This document shows, one piece after another, positions 8,238 to 16,040 of a DNA stretch of 31,189 nt. Each line of letters begins with the position of its first letter. Position 1 is the stretch's first letter. This DNA is from an uncultured Flavobacteriaceae bacterium (GTDB lineage: Bacteria > Bacteroidota > Bacteroidia > B-17B0 > Aurantibacillaceae): positions 1-31,189 of the forward strand of contig CAYQDP010000001.1 in NCBI GenBank assembly GCA_964416235.1, read 5' to 3'. Made by a program: the position numbers and the translations under genes. The notes under the pieces were generated by a model, which was given only the letters and a program-made list of their open reading frames with translations, was not told the origin of the DNA and searched no databases.

Positions 8238-9239
8238 ATGGCAAAAACGCTTAAATCTTTACCCATTCAAACGCACTTCATTCAGAAGTTAAAAGAAAGC
8301 TTACCGCCTAATGTTGGTTTAGCGGAAGAAATAGCAGACTTATTAGAAATTAGTACAGACAGCGCTTATCGTCGTATCCGCGGAGAGACCGATTTAAGTA
8401 TTGATGAAGTATATAAGCTGACTAAAAAGTACAATATTTCTATTGATGGTATTTTTTCAAATCTTGGAGACACTGTAACTTTTGCTTATACCAAATTAAC
8501 GGATAGCGCCGATAACTTTGATAAATATTTAAATCGTATATATGGCCATGTAAAGGCCATTGGTTCTTTCAGTGAAAAGAAAATTACTTATATCGCCGAG
8601 GAGGTTCCTTTATTTTATTCTTTCTTTTCGGATAAGCTTACTCAGTTCAAATTATTTTATTGGCAGCGAAGCGTATTGAATGTTCCGGATTATCAAGGAA
8701 AAAAATTTGAATTTGGTATTGTTCCTGACCACCAGGTAAAATTAGCAATGAGCGCATTGGAAGAATACAAAAAAATTCCAAGCGTTGAAGTCTGGACTCA
8801 TGAAACAATTCATACAGTTTTAAAGCAAGTAGAATTTTATGTGGACAGCGGTGTATTTAAAAACAAGAATGACGCATTAGAAATTATCGAAGAAATCCGC
8901 ACCATGGCTCAATACTTAGAAAAGTGTGCTGAGTCAGGCCGAAAAGAAGTAAGCAGCAAAGAAGAAAATTTATTATTGTATAACAGCGAGGTTGTATTAG
9001 GCACTAACTGTATTTATATTAATACTGGTCCGGCCAGATATGCTTACATCACATTTAACACGTTAAATTCATTAACTACAAATAATCACGAGTTTTGTGA
9101 AGAAACAGAACACTGGGTTAAAAACATCATAAAAAAGAGCACATTAATTAGCGGTGTAGCCGAAAAGCAACGTTTTCAGTTCTTTAGCAAAATTTATAAA
9201 AACATAGATAATTCATTCGAACGCATTAAGAATCTGTAA
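8238..9239 (+). CDS. Transcriptional regulator: N-terminal XRE/BetR-like HTH plus ~260-aa putative ligand-binding domain
   Basis: AEEIADLLEISTDSAYRRIRGETDLSIDEVYKL is a clear HTH. The large C-terminal domain is not assignable by eye. Confidence 0.8.
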   Translation: MAKTLKSLPIQTHFIQKLKESLPPNVGLAEEIADLLEISTDSAYRRIRGETDLSIDEVYKLTKKYNISIDGIFSNLGDTVTFAYTKLTDSADNFDKYLNRIYGHVKAIGSFSEKKITYIAEEVPLFYSFFSDKLTQFKLFYWQRSVLNVPDYQGKKFEFGIVPDHQVKLAMSALEEYKKIPSVEVWTHETIHTVLKQVEFYVDSGVFKNKNDALEIIEEIRTMAQYLEKCAESGRKEVSSKEENLLLYNSEVVLGTNCIYINTGPARYAYITFNTLNSLTTNNHEFCEETEHWVKNIIKKSTLISGVAEKQRFQFFSKIYKNIDNSFERIKNL

Positions 9240-9246
9240 AAAACAC

Positions 9247-9254
9247 TACATTTG
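9247..9254 (+). promoter_or_regulatory. -7 promoter element (TACATTTG)
   Basis: TAnnTTTG match 18 nt upstream of the DUF5606 ATG. Confidence 0.65.
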
Positions 9255-9272
9255 TAATCCAATTTTTACAAC

Positions 9273-9812
9273 ATGATCGATTTAACAGGTATTATATCTA
9301 TTTCAGGACAACCGGGTCTTTATAAAATTATTGCCCAGTCAAAAAACGGAATTATCATTGAGGGGCTTAGCGATAAAAAGCGCAGCAATATTTATTCTTC
9401 TACCAAAGTTTCTACATTGGCAGATATTGGGATGTATACAACAGGAGAAGATAAGCCTATCGAAGAAATCATCACAGCTATTTTCGAAAAGGAGAAAGGC
9501 GGACCTTGTGTTAATCACAAAGCCGACGACAAAGAAATTGAAGCCTACTTCAAATCAATTTTACCCGATTACGATAAGGAGCGTGTTTATGTAAGCAATA
9601 TGCGTAAATTATTCAGCTGGTATACCATTCTTCAAACTACTGGTAATTTGAAAGAGAAAGAAGAAAAGAAAGATGCTGCTGAAGAAACAAAAGTGGTTAA
9701 AGCTGAAACAAAGAAAGTAGCAGCAAAAACAACAAAAGATACAGGCAAAAACGTTAAGACAAGCGCCGGCGTTAAGAAAGCAGCAGGTGTTCGTAAAACA
9801 GGATCAGCTTAA
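9273..9812 (+). CDS. DUF5606 family protein (conserved in Bacteroidota) with Lys/Ala-rich tail
   Basis: IISISGQPGLYKIIAQSKNGIIIEGL and YFKSILPDYDKERVYVSNMRKLFSWY. Confidence 0.85.
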   Translation: MIDLTGIISISGQPGLYKIIAQSKNGIIIEGLSDKKRSNIYSSTKVSTLADIGMYTTGEDKPIEEIITAIFEKEKGGPCVNHKADDKEIEAYFKSILPDYDKERVYVSNMRKLFSWYTILQTTGNLKEKEEKKDAAEETKVVKAETKKVAAKTTKDTGKNVKTSAGVKKAAGVRKTGSA

Positions 9813-9832
9813 TTTTAAGAATGAGATATATT

Positions 9833-9862
9833 AAAAATCCCGCTCAAAGGCGGGATTTTTTA
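9833..9862. terminator. Bidirectional intrinsic terminator
   Basis: AAAAATCCCGC-TCAAAG-GCGGGATTTTT between the convergent DUF5606 and gmk genes. Confidence 0.85.
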
Positions 9863-10438
9863 TTTGGTGTTGCTTAGAAAATCACCGACTACTTTTTCGG
9901 CTTTTGCTAATGCCGTTTCTAAATGCTCGTTCAAAATAAATGTGTCAAACAATTCAGCGGTTTTCAATTCTTTCTCTGCTTTTGCAACTCGACGCGCAAT
10001 GCTTTCCGGACTGTCAGTGCTTCTCGACCGTAACCTTTCTTCCAATATTTTTATACTCGGAGGCATGACAAAAACAGCGAGTGCTTTATCTTTAAATTGA
10101 CTTTTTAAATTTAATCCGCCCTCTACATCAATATCGAAAATCACGTTTTTTCCTGAGGCCCAAATACGCTCTACTTCGCTTTTGAGGGTACCGTAATACA
10201 CACCGGCATATACTTCTTCCCATTCTAAAAACTCCCCGGCATCCACTTTTTTCTTGAATTCCTCGCCAGATAAATAATGGTAGTCTTTGCCGTTTTCTTC
10301 AACGCCGCGTTTAGGCCGACTGGTCGCAGAAATGGAAAAGGCTAATTTATCCGGCATTACTTTTAGTAAGTGTCTGACTATAGTGGTTTTACCAGATCCG
10401 GAGGGGGCTGAAAAAATAACCAGTTTTCCTGTTTCCAT
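9860..10438 (-). CDS. gmk: Guanylate kinase
   Basis: P-loop APSGSGKTT, SATSRPKRGVEENGKDYHY and EWEEVYAGVYYGTLKSE. Start moved to the ATG at 10438 because the track's TTG at 10444 lies inside the -7 box. Confidence 0.97.
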   Translation of the reverse strand: METGKLVIFSAPSGSGKTTIVRHLLKVMPDKLAFSISATSRPKRGVEENGKDYHYLSGEEFKKKVDAGEFLEWEEVYAGVYYGTLKSEVERIWASGKNVIFDIDVEGGLNLKSQFKDKALAVFVMPPSIKILEERLRSRSTDSPESIARRVAKAEKELKTAELFDTFILNEHLETALAKAEKVVGDFLSNTK

Positions 10439-10441
10439 GCC

Positions 10442-10449
10442 CAAAGATA
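10442..10449 (-). promoter_or_regulatory. -7 promoter element (TATCTTTG) of gmk
   Basis: TAnnTTTG match 3 nt before the ATG. Confidence 0.7.
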
Positions 10450-10498
10450 CGCTAAAAAACAGCCCAATTGTTCAAAACCCCGATTATTGTTAAAAAAG

Positions 10499-10529
10499 TT
10501 TGTAACTCACGCTAAATGCGCTATATTTG
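10499..10529 (+). promoter_or_regulatory. Full Bacteroidota promoter for rplU-rpmA
   Basis: TTTG (10499-10502), a 19-nt spacer, then TATATTTG (10522-10529). Confidence 0.8.
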
Positions 10530-10567
10530 CCCTCCCAATTTAAAAATTAATTAAAAACAAAGAACCC

Positions 10568-11041
10568 ATGTATGCAATTGTAGAAATAGCCGGGCAACAG
10601 TTTAAAGTGGAACGTGGAAATAAAGTATACGTTCACCGCCTTGAGGCTAATGAGGGTGATAAATTGGAATTTGATCGCGTATTGTTAATTGACAACGGCG
10701 GTAAAATTTCAGTAGGTAACCCAACAGTAGATGGCGCTAAAGTAGCAGCCACTGTAATCGAGCACCGTAAAGGTGACAAAGTTTTCGTGTTTAAAAAGAA
10801 ACGCCGTAAAGGTTACCAGAAATGGAACAACCACCGTCAATCTTTCACACAAATCTTAGTTCAAGGAATTTTAGGTAAGGGCGAGACTTTAAAAGACGAA
10901 ATTAAAGTTGAGAAGAAAGCTAAAGTTGAAGCTCCTGCTAAAAAAACAAAAGAAGTAGCGGCTCCAAAAGCAGAAAAGAAAGCTCCTGCTAAAAAGGCTC
11001 CTGCTAAAAAAGCGGCTGCAAAGAAAACCGCAAAAAAATAA
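10568..11041 (+). CDS. rplU: 50S ribosomal protein bL21 with Lys/Ala/Pro-rich C-terminal extension
   Basis: MYAIVEIAGQQFKVE...FKKKRRKGYQKWNNHRQSFT, followed by rpmA. Confidence 0.98.
   Translation: MYAIVEIAGQQFKVERGNKVYVHRLEANEGDKLEFDRVLLIDNGGKISVGNPTVDGAKVAATVIEHRKGDKVFVFKKKRRKGYQKWNNHRQSFTQILVQGILGKGETLKDEIKVEKKAKVEAPAKKTKEVAAPKAEKKAPAKKAPAKKAAAKKTAKK
10982..11026 (+). repeat. 15-bp tandem repeat encoding APAKK units
   Basis: GCTCCTGCTAAAAAG, GCTCCTGCTAAAAAA and GCGGCTGCAAAGAAA; another copy starts at 10931. Confidence 0.8.
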
Positions 11042-11096
11042 AAGATTAATAACCGAATATAGATTAGTAAATCTAAATTCTTAAAGTCTAAAAGAA

Positions 11097-11357
11097 ATGG
11101 CACACAAAAAAGGCGAAGGTAAAGTAAAGAACGGTCGCGAATCACACAGCAAACGCTTAGGCGTTAAAATTTTCGGTGGCGAAACTTGTATCGCCGGAAA
11201 CATCATCGTTCGTCAGCGCGGAACTAAGCACAATCCGGGCGAAAACGTAGGTATGGGTAAAGATCATACTTTGTTTGCGTTAACTGACGGTACTGTTGTT
11301 TTCAGAAAGAAAAGAAACGATAAATCGTACGTTTCGGTTGTTCCTGCGCAAGCATAA
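11097..11357 (+). CDS. rpmA: 50S ribosomal protein bL27
   Basis: MAHKKG...NGRES.SKRLGVK and [27 protein letters not shown]. Confidence 0.98.
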   Translation: MAHKKGEGKVKNGRESHSKRLGVKIFGGETCIAGNIIVRQRGTKHNPGENVGMGKDHTLFALTDGTVVFRKKRNDKSYVSVVPAQA

Positions 11358-11386
11358 GAAAAACCCGAACGCTAATAATTATTATT

Positions 11387-11418
11387 AAAAGCCGCGAGGG
11401 TTTTCTCGCGGCTTTTTT
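11387..11418 (+). terminator. Intrinsic terminator of rplU-rpmA
   Basis: AAAA-GCCGCGAG-GGTTTT-CTCGCGGC-TTTTTT. Confidence 0.85.
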
Positions 11419-11441
11419 ATTTTTACACTCACAAACTATTT

Positions 11442-12716
11442 ATGTTACAATTAAATTATATCCGCGACAGCAAAGACGAAGTTCTTAAACGCTTAGCTAT
11501 TAAAAATTTTAAAGATGCAGAAAGCATCATTAATAAAGTTATTGAGTTAGACAACAACCGACGTGCAAAACAAAAAGACGGCGACACGGTTAAAGCGGAA
11601 GCGAATGCGATTGCTAAACAAATTGGTGAGTTAATGAAGAGCGGCCAAAAAGAAGAGGCCGAGAAACAAAAATCAAAAACTACAGAGTTAAAGCAAAAAG
11701 AAAAACAGCTGGACGAAGAATTAAAAGCGATTGAAGCAGAAATTCAAAAGCTGTTAGTGCAGGTTCCCAACACACCACATCTTTCTGTTCCGTTAGGAAA
11801 AACACCAGAAGACAACGCAGTTGTATTTGAGCACGGCGAAAAACCTAATCTTCCTGGCAACGCACTTCCTCATTGGGAGTTGGCAGCAAAATATAATTTA
11901 ATTGATTTTGAATTAGGCGTAAAATTAACCGGCGCAGGATTTCCCGTATACAAGGGAAAAGGCGCACGTTTACAACGCGCTTTAATAAATTATTTTTTAG
12001 ATAAAGCAACGTCGAATGGTTATCTTGAAATTCAGCCGCCTATTATGGTGAATGAAGATAGCGGTTATGGCACAGGACAATTACCCGATAAGGAAGGACA
12101 AATGTATCATGTGCAAATTGATAATTTATATTTGATTCCTACTGCTGAAGTTCCTATCACTAATATTTATCGTGATGTGATATTAAAGGAAAGTGATTTG
12201 CCGATAAAAAATTGTGGATATACACCATGTTTCAGAAGAGAAGCTGGGAGCTATGGGAAAGACGTTAGAGGATTAAATCGTTTGCATCAATTCGATAAGG
12301 TGGAGATTGTACAAATTGCACACCCGGATAAATCATACGAAACACTTGAGCAAATGCGCGAGTTCGTTGCGGGAATTTTGAAAGAACTTGAATTACCATT
12401 CCGCACATTAAAGTTATGTGGAGGAGATATGAGTTTTGCTTCTGCCTTAACATATGATATGGAAGTATGGAGCGCGGCACAACAGCGTTGGTTAGAGGTA
12501 AGCTCAGTTTCAAACTTCGAAACATTTCAAACCAATCGTTTAAAATGCCGTTACAAAGACGCTAATGGAAAAACACAATTAGCACATAGTTTAAACGGCA
12601 GCGCTTTGGCTTTACCTCGCATCGTGGCGTCATTATTAGAAAACAATCAAACACCGGAGGGAATTAAATTACCAAAGGCGCTGATTCCTTATGCGGGATT
12701 TGATACCATAAACTAA
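11442..12716 (+). CDS. serS: Serine--tRNA ligase
   Basis: N-terminal coiled coil, LIPTAEVP, motif 2 FRREAGSYGKDVRGLNRLHQFDKVE, EVSSVSN and motif 3 NGSALALPR. Confidence 0.98.
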   Translation: MLQLNYIRDSKDEVLKRLAIKNFKDAESIINKVIELDNNRRAKQKDGDTVKAEANAIAKQIGELMKSGQKEEAEKQKSKTTELKQKEKQLDEELKAIEAEIQKLLVQVPNTPHLSVPLGKTPEDNAVVFEHGEKPNLPGNALPHWELAAKYNLIDFELGVKLTGAGFPVYKGKGARLQRALINYFLDKATSNGYLEIQPPIMVNEDSGYGTGQLPDKEGQMYHVQIDNLYLIPTAEVPITNIYRDVILKESDLPIKNCGYTPCFRREAGSYGKDVRGLNRLHQFDKVEIVQIAHPDKSYETLEQMREFVAGILKELELPFRTLKLCGGDMSFASALTYDMEVWSAAQQRWLEVSSVSNFETFQTNRLKCRYKDANGKTQLAHSLNGSALALPRIVASLLENNQTPEGIKLPKALIPYAGFDTIN

Positions 12717-12717
12717 T

Positions 12718-13293
12718 ATGAGATTTTTGTTTTCAATACTTGTTCTGTTAACCGTTTTTACAAATTGCGGCCGCAGAAACATGTACGAAAAAGAAATTTC
12801 TACCATTGATAGCACAAAGGTTGTATTGCAGGTTAAGCTCAACGAATTGTTGCGCGCCGAAAAAAACATTGAGGTAAGCGCCTTCTCAAAGTTCGAAACC
12901 TATGAATCGTTTTTAAAATCCAACATTAAAGACACACTCAACAAACCCGAAGCGACAGCGATTCAATTGTTTCTGAATTCAGGAAAAACAATCAAGCAAT
13001 TTAATTTATCAAAGGCTGAGTTAATAAAGCAAACAGAGTTGAGTATCGCCCAGCTTCAAAAGCTTTCACTCGATGCCAGAGAAAACAACATTCAGCAAAA
13101 CGCGTTGCAATCATTTTATTCAACCGAAAAAAATCATGCGGAAGAATTAATTGGTGTTATTGAACAAAACATCAAAGCACTTAATTTAAGCATTAACAGT
13201 TATCGCAATAGCTTGCCGCGAACCGAAGAATATATTCGTATCATTAATAACGGCGCTCTGCCTACTGTAGTGGCCGACTCTCAAATCGACTAA
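12718..13293 (+). CDS. Putative lipoprotein, predicted helical/coiled-coil, unknown function
   Basis: Hydrophobic leader ending FTNC. It starts 1 nt after the serS stop, and its stop overlaps the ybeY start (TAATG). Confidence 0.75.
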   Translation: MRFLFSILVLLTVFTNCGRRNMYEKEISTIDSTKVVLQVKLNELLRAEKNIEVSAFSKFETYESFLKSNIKDTLNKPEATAIQLFLNSGKTIKQFNLSKAELIKQTELSIAQLQKLSLDARENNIQQNALQSFYSTEKNHAEELIGVIEQNIKALNLSINSYRNSLPRTEEYIRIINNGALPTVVADSQID

Positions 13294-13724
13294 TGGCTAT
13301 AGTATTCAACAACAATAATGACAAGTTCAAACTGAAGAAATCGGCTTTGATAAAAAAGTGGATTGAGCAAGTGGCCGCTAAGGAAAAAAGAACGGTTGGT
13401 GATTTAAGTTATGTTTTTATGAGTGACGAAGAGCTGCTGAAAATTAACCAGCAGTTTCTAAAACATAATACCTATACCGACATCATTACATTCGATTATT
13501 CTGAAAACAAAAAAATTAGTGGCGAAATTTTTATTAGTGTTGATAGAGTAGAGGAGAACGCCAAAAAAATGGGGACTACTTTTGAAGACGAAATTCATCG
13601 CGTGATCATTCATGGGGTTTTACACCTCTGCGGCTATAAAGACAAAACCAAAATCGATTCAGATAATATGCGCAAGCAAGAAGACAAGGCGCTGCGTGTT
13701 TTTAACGCACTCACAAATGAGTGA
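13293..13724 (+). CDS. ybeY: rRNA maturation endoribonuclease YbeY
   Basis: INQQFLKHNTYTDIITF, GEIFISVDRV and HGVLHLCGY. Confidence 0.95.
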   Translation: MAIVFNNNNDKFKLKKSALIKKWIEQVAAKEKRTVGDLSYVFMSDEELLKINQQFLKHNTYTDIITFDYSENKKISGEIFISVDRVEENAKKMGTTFEDEIHRVIIHGVLHLCGYKDKTKIDSDNMRKQEDKALRVFNALTNE

Positions 13725-13752
13725 GCGTTCTTGTTTTTGAATCTAATTATTT

Positions 13753-13760
13753 TACATTTG
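13753..13760 (+). promoter_or_regulatory. -7 promoter element (TACATTTG)
   Basis: TAnnTTTG match 20 nt upstream of the ATG at 13781; TTG at 13731-13733 gives a 19-nt spacer. Confidence 0.7.
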
Positions 13761-13780
13761 TTTTTCTCAAACACTAACAA

Positions 13781-15970
13781 ATGAAAAAACTCTTTACTTT
13801 TTTACTTTCATCTTTTTTTGTTCTTGAATCCTTCGCGCAATCCAGCGCCGATGCCGCGGTTCAAATTAATGCAACCGTTCAAACATCAACACCACAAATA
13901 ACTTTGAATTGGGTAGGGAATGCCACTACAACATCGTATCAGATTTTTCGCAAGTTAAAAACAGCCACCTCTTGGGGCGCCGCCTTGGCCACGCTTACCG
14001 GAACAGTTAACCAGTATGTCGACAATACGGTTAGTGTAGGAACTAATTACGAATACCGCATCATCCGTTCAGGAAGCGGCTATACCGGTTACGGATATAT
14101 CAATTCAGGAATTAATGTTCCTGTTACAGAGTATCGCGGGAAATTAATATTATTAGTGGATAGTACATTTATTACTTCGCTCAATACAGAACTAAAGCGC
14201 TTACAAGAAGATTTGGAAGGAGATGGCTGGGACGTGTTACGACATAACGTACTGCGCACTGCTACTCCGCAACATGTCCGTTCTTTTGTTCAGGCGGATT
14301 ATACCCTTGATCCCACGAACACAAAAGCTGTTTTTATTGTAGGACACGTTCCTGTGCCTTATAGCGGAAATATTAATCCGGATGGTCATCCCGATCATTT
14401 GGGAGCTTGGCCAACGGATACGTATTACGCGGATGTTAATGGTGTGTGGACCGATGTATCCGTAACATCAACAACTGCATCCCCGGCGCGCACACAAAAT
14501 AATCCTGCCGATGGAAAGTTTGATCAAAGCGTTATTCCTAGCGATTTAGAGCTACAGGTTGGTCGCGCAGATTTTGCTAATCTCACTACTTTTACACTTA
14601 CCGAAACACAACTTTTAAAAAACTATCTTGATAAAGACCACGACTATCGTAAAAAAGTTTTTACTGTGGTGAAACGCGCTGTTATTGATGATAATTTCGG
14701 ATACTTTAGCGGAGAAGCTTTTGCGGCGAGTGGTTATAAAAATGCTGCGTGTATGGTGCCAACATCAAGCATTACAGCGGCCGATTATTTTACAAGCATG
14801 ACTGGAAATAATTATCAATGGTCGTATGGTTGCGGCGGCGGAACTTATACCAGCGCTTCAGGTATCGGAAACACATCAAATTTTTCTACAGCTAATTTAC
14901 AAGGTGTGTTCACCATGTTGTTTGGTTCGTACTTTGGAGACTGGGATTCGCAAGATAATTTTTTACGCGCCGCTCTAGCACAAGGAAAAATTTTGACTAA
15001 CGTTTGGTCGGGTCGTGTTCATTACCAATTACACCATATGGGACTTGGTGAAAATATTGGATATGGTGTTAAGTTAACACAAAACAGTATTGGCTCTTTG
15101 TATTTCAGCAGTCCAACCGGAATTACCGGACGCTGGATTCATCATGGATTAATGGGCGACCCAACATTGCGCAACGACATAGTGGCGCCGGTTTCTAATG
15201 TAGTGGCTACAAAAGTTGGGAACAATTGTAATATTTCCTGGACAGCATCGCCTGAACCGGGCGTATTGGGGTACAACATTTATATGAAGAACGACACTAA
15301 CACGAATTATGTAAAAATTAATTCAGCTCTAATTGCAGGCACAACTTATACCGATAATTGTCTTTTATATAAAGGAATTTATAAATACATGGTGCGAGCT
15401 TATAAATTAGAGACTACGCCCAGCGGTTCGTATTATAACATGAGTGAAGGAATTGCTGATACAGCCAACAGCACTAACGGCATGAAAGCCTATGCTTCGT
15501 TTAGTTTATCGGTGAGCGGAACAACGGTTAACGTAACCAATCTTTCCGTAAATACCACCGCGAACAACTGGAATTTTGGAGATGGAGGAACGTCTACAAG
15601 TGTAAACGCTGCACACACCTATACTGCAAACGGTTCTTATACCATTACATTAATCAGCAGCAACAGTTGTAATAGCGATACGGCGAAGCTGGTAGTTAAT
15701 ATAATTTCCGCATCCATCAATGAATTAAATTCAATTAGCGCAACTGTTTATCCAAATCCTAGTAACGGAAAAATTACTGTAATATTAAACAACAGAGACA
15801 ACGAGGCGTATGAGGCAACAGTTTATAATCAGGAAGGAAAATTAATACAGCGCAAATTAAATGTAAGAGATCGGATTGATTTTGACTTATCAAGTGAAGC
15901 ATCCGGATTATATTTCTTGCAATTGAGAAACGAAAAAGGAGTGTACTCCCAAAAATTCGTCATTGAGTAA
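13781..15970 (+). CDS. T9SS cargo: FN3-like + gingipain/C25-like domain + FN3-like + PKD + type A CTD
   Basis: Signal peptide; VFIVGHVPVP, ELQVGRADF, LKNYLDKDHDYR and LMGDPTLR resemble C25 landmarks; WNFGDG (PKD); VYPNP...SGLYFL...QKFVIE (CTD). Confidence 0.75.
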   Translation: MKKLFTFLLSSFFVLESFAQSSADAAVQINATVQTSTPQITLNWVGNATTTSYQIFRKLKTATSWGAALATLTGTVNQYVDNTVSVGTNYEYRIIRSGSGYTGYGYINSGINVPVTEYRGKLILLVDSTFITSLNTELKRLQEDLEGDGWDVLRHNVLRTATPQHVRSFVQADYTLDPTNTKAVFIVGHVPVPYSGNINPDGHPDHLGAWPTDTYYADVNGVWTDVSVTSTTASPARTQNNPADGKFDQSVIPSDLELQVGRADFANLTTFTLTETQLLKNYLDKDHDYRKKVFTVVKRAVIDDNFGYFSGEAFAASGYKNAACMVPTSSITAADYFTSMTGNNYQWSYGCGGGTYTSASGIGNTSNFSTANLQGVFTMLFGSYFGDWDSQDNFLRAALAQGKILTNVWSGRVHYQLHHMGLGENIGYGVKLTQNSIGSLYFSSPTGITGRWIHHGLMGDPTLRNDIVAPVSNVVATKVGNNCNISWTASPEPGVLGYNIYMKNDTNTNYVKINSALIAGTTYTDNCLLYKGIYKYMVRAYKLETTPSGSYYNMSEGIADTANSTNGMKAYASFSLSVSGTTVNVTNLSVNTTANNWNFGDGGTSTSVNAAHTYTANGSYTITLISSNSCNSDTAKLVVNIISASINELNSISATVYPNPSNGKITVILNNRDNEAYEATVYNQEGKLIQRKLNVRDRIDFDLSSEASGLYFLQLRNEKGVYSQKFVIE

Positions 15971-16001
15971 TCCCGTAAACAGGGTAGTACTATCTTAAAA
16001 T

Positions 16002-16040
16002 AAATCCCGTATTTTCGTGAAGAATGCGGGATTTTTTTAT
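16002..16040 (+). terminator. Terminator-like hairpin overlapping the M1 peptidase promoter and start codon
   Basis: AAATCCCGTATT-N9-AATGCGGGATTT followed by a T run. It contains the near-consensus -7 box TATTTTCG (16010-16017) and the ATG at 16024. Confidence 0.55.

Noticed and set aside
12200-12300. AGA-codon cluster in serS as a recombined patch
   Set aside because: Only three codons; not distinguishable from noise by eye.
13610-13645. YbeY third Zn ligand His replaced (HGVLHLCGYKD)
   Set aside because: To my recollection this is the usual Bacteroidota form, so probably not novel; not verified by alignment.
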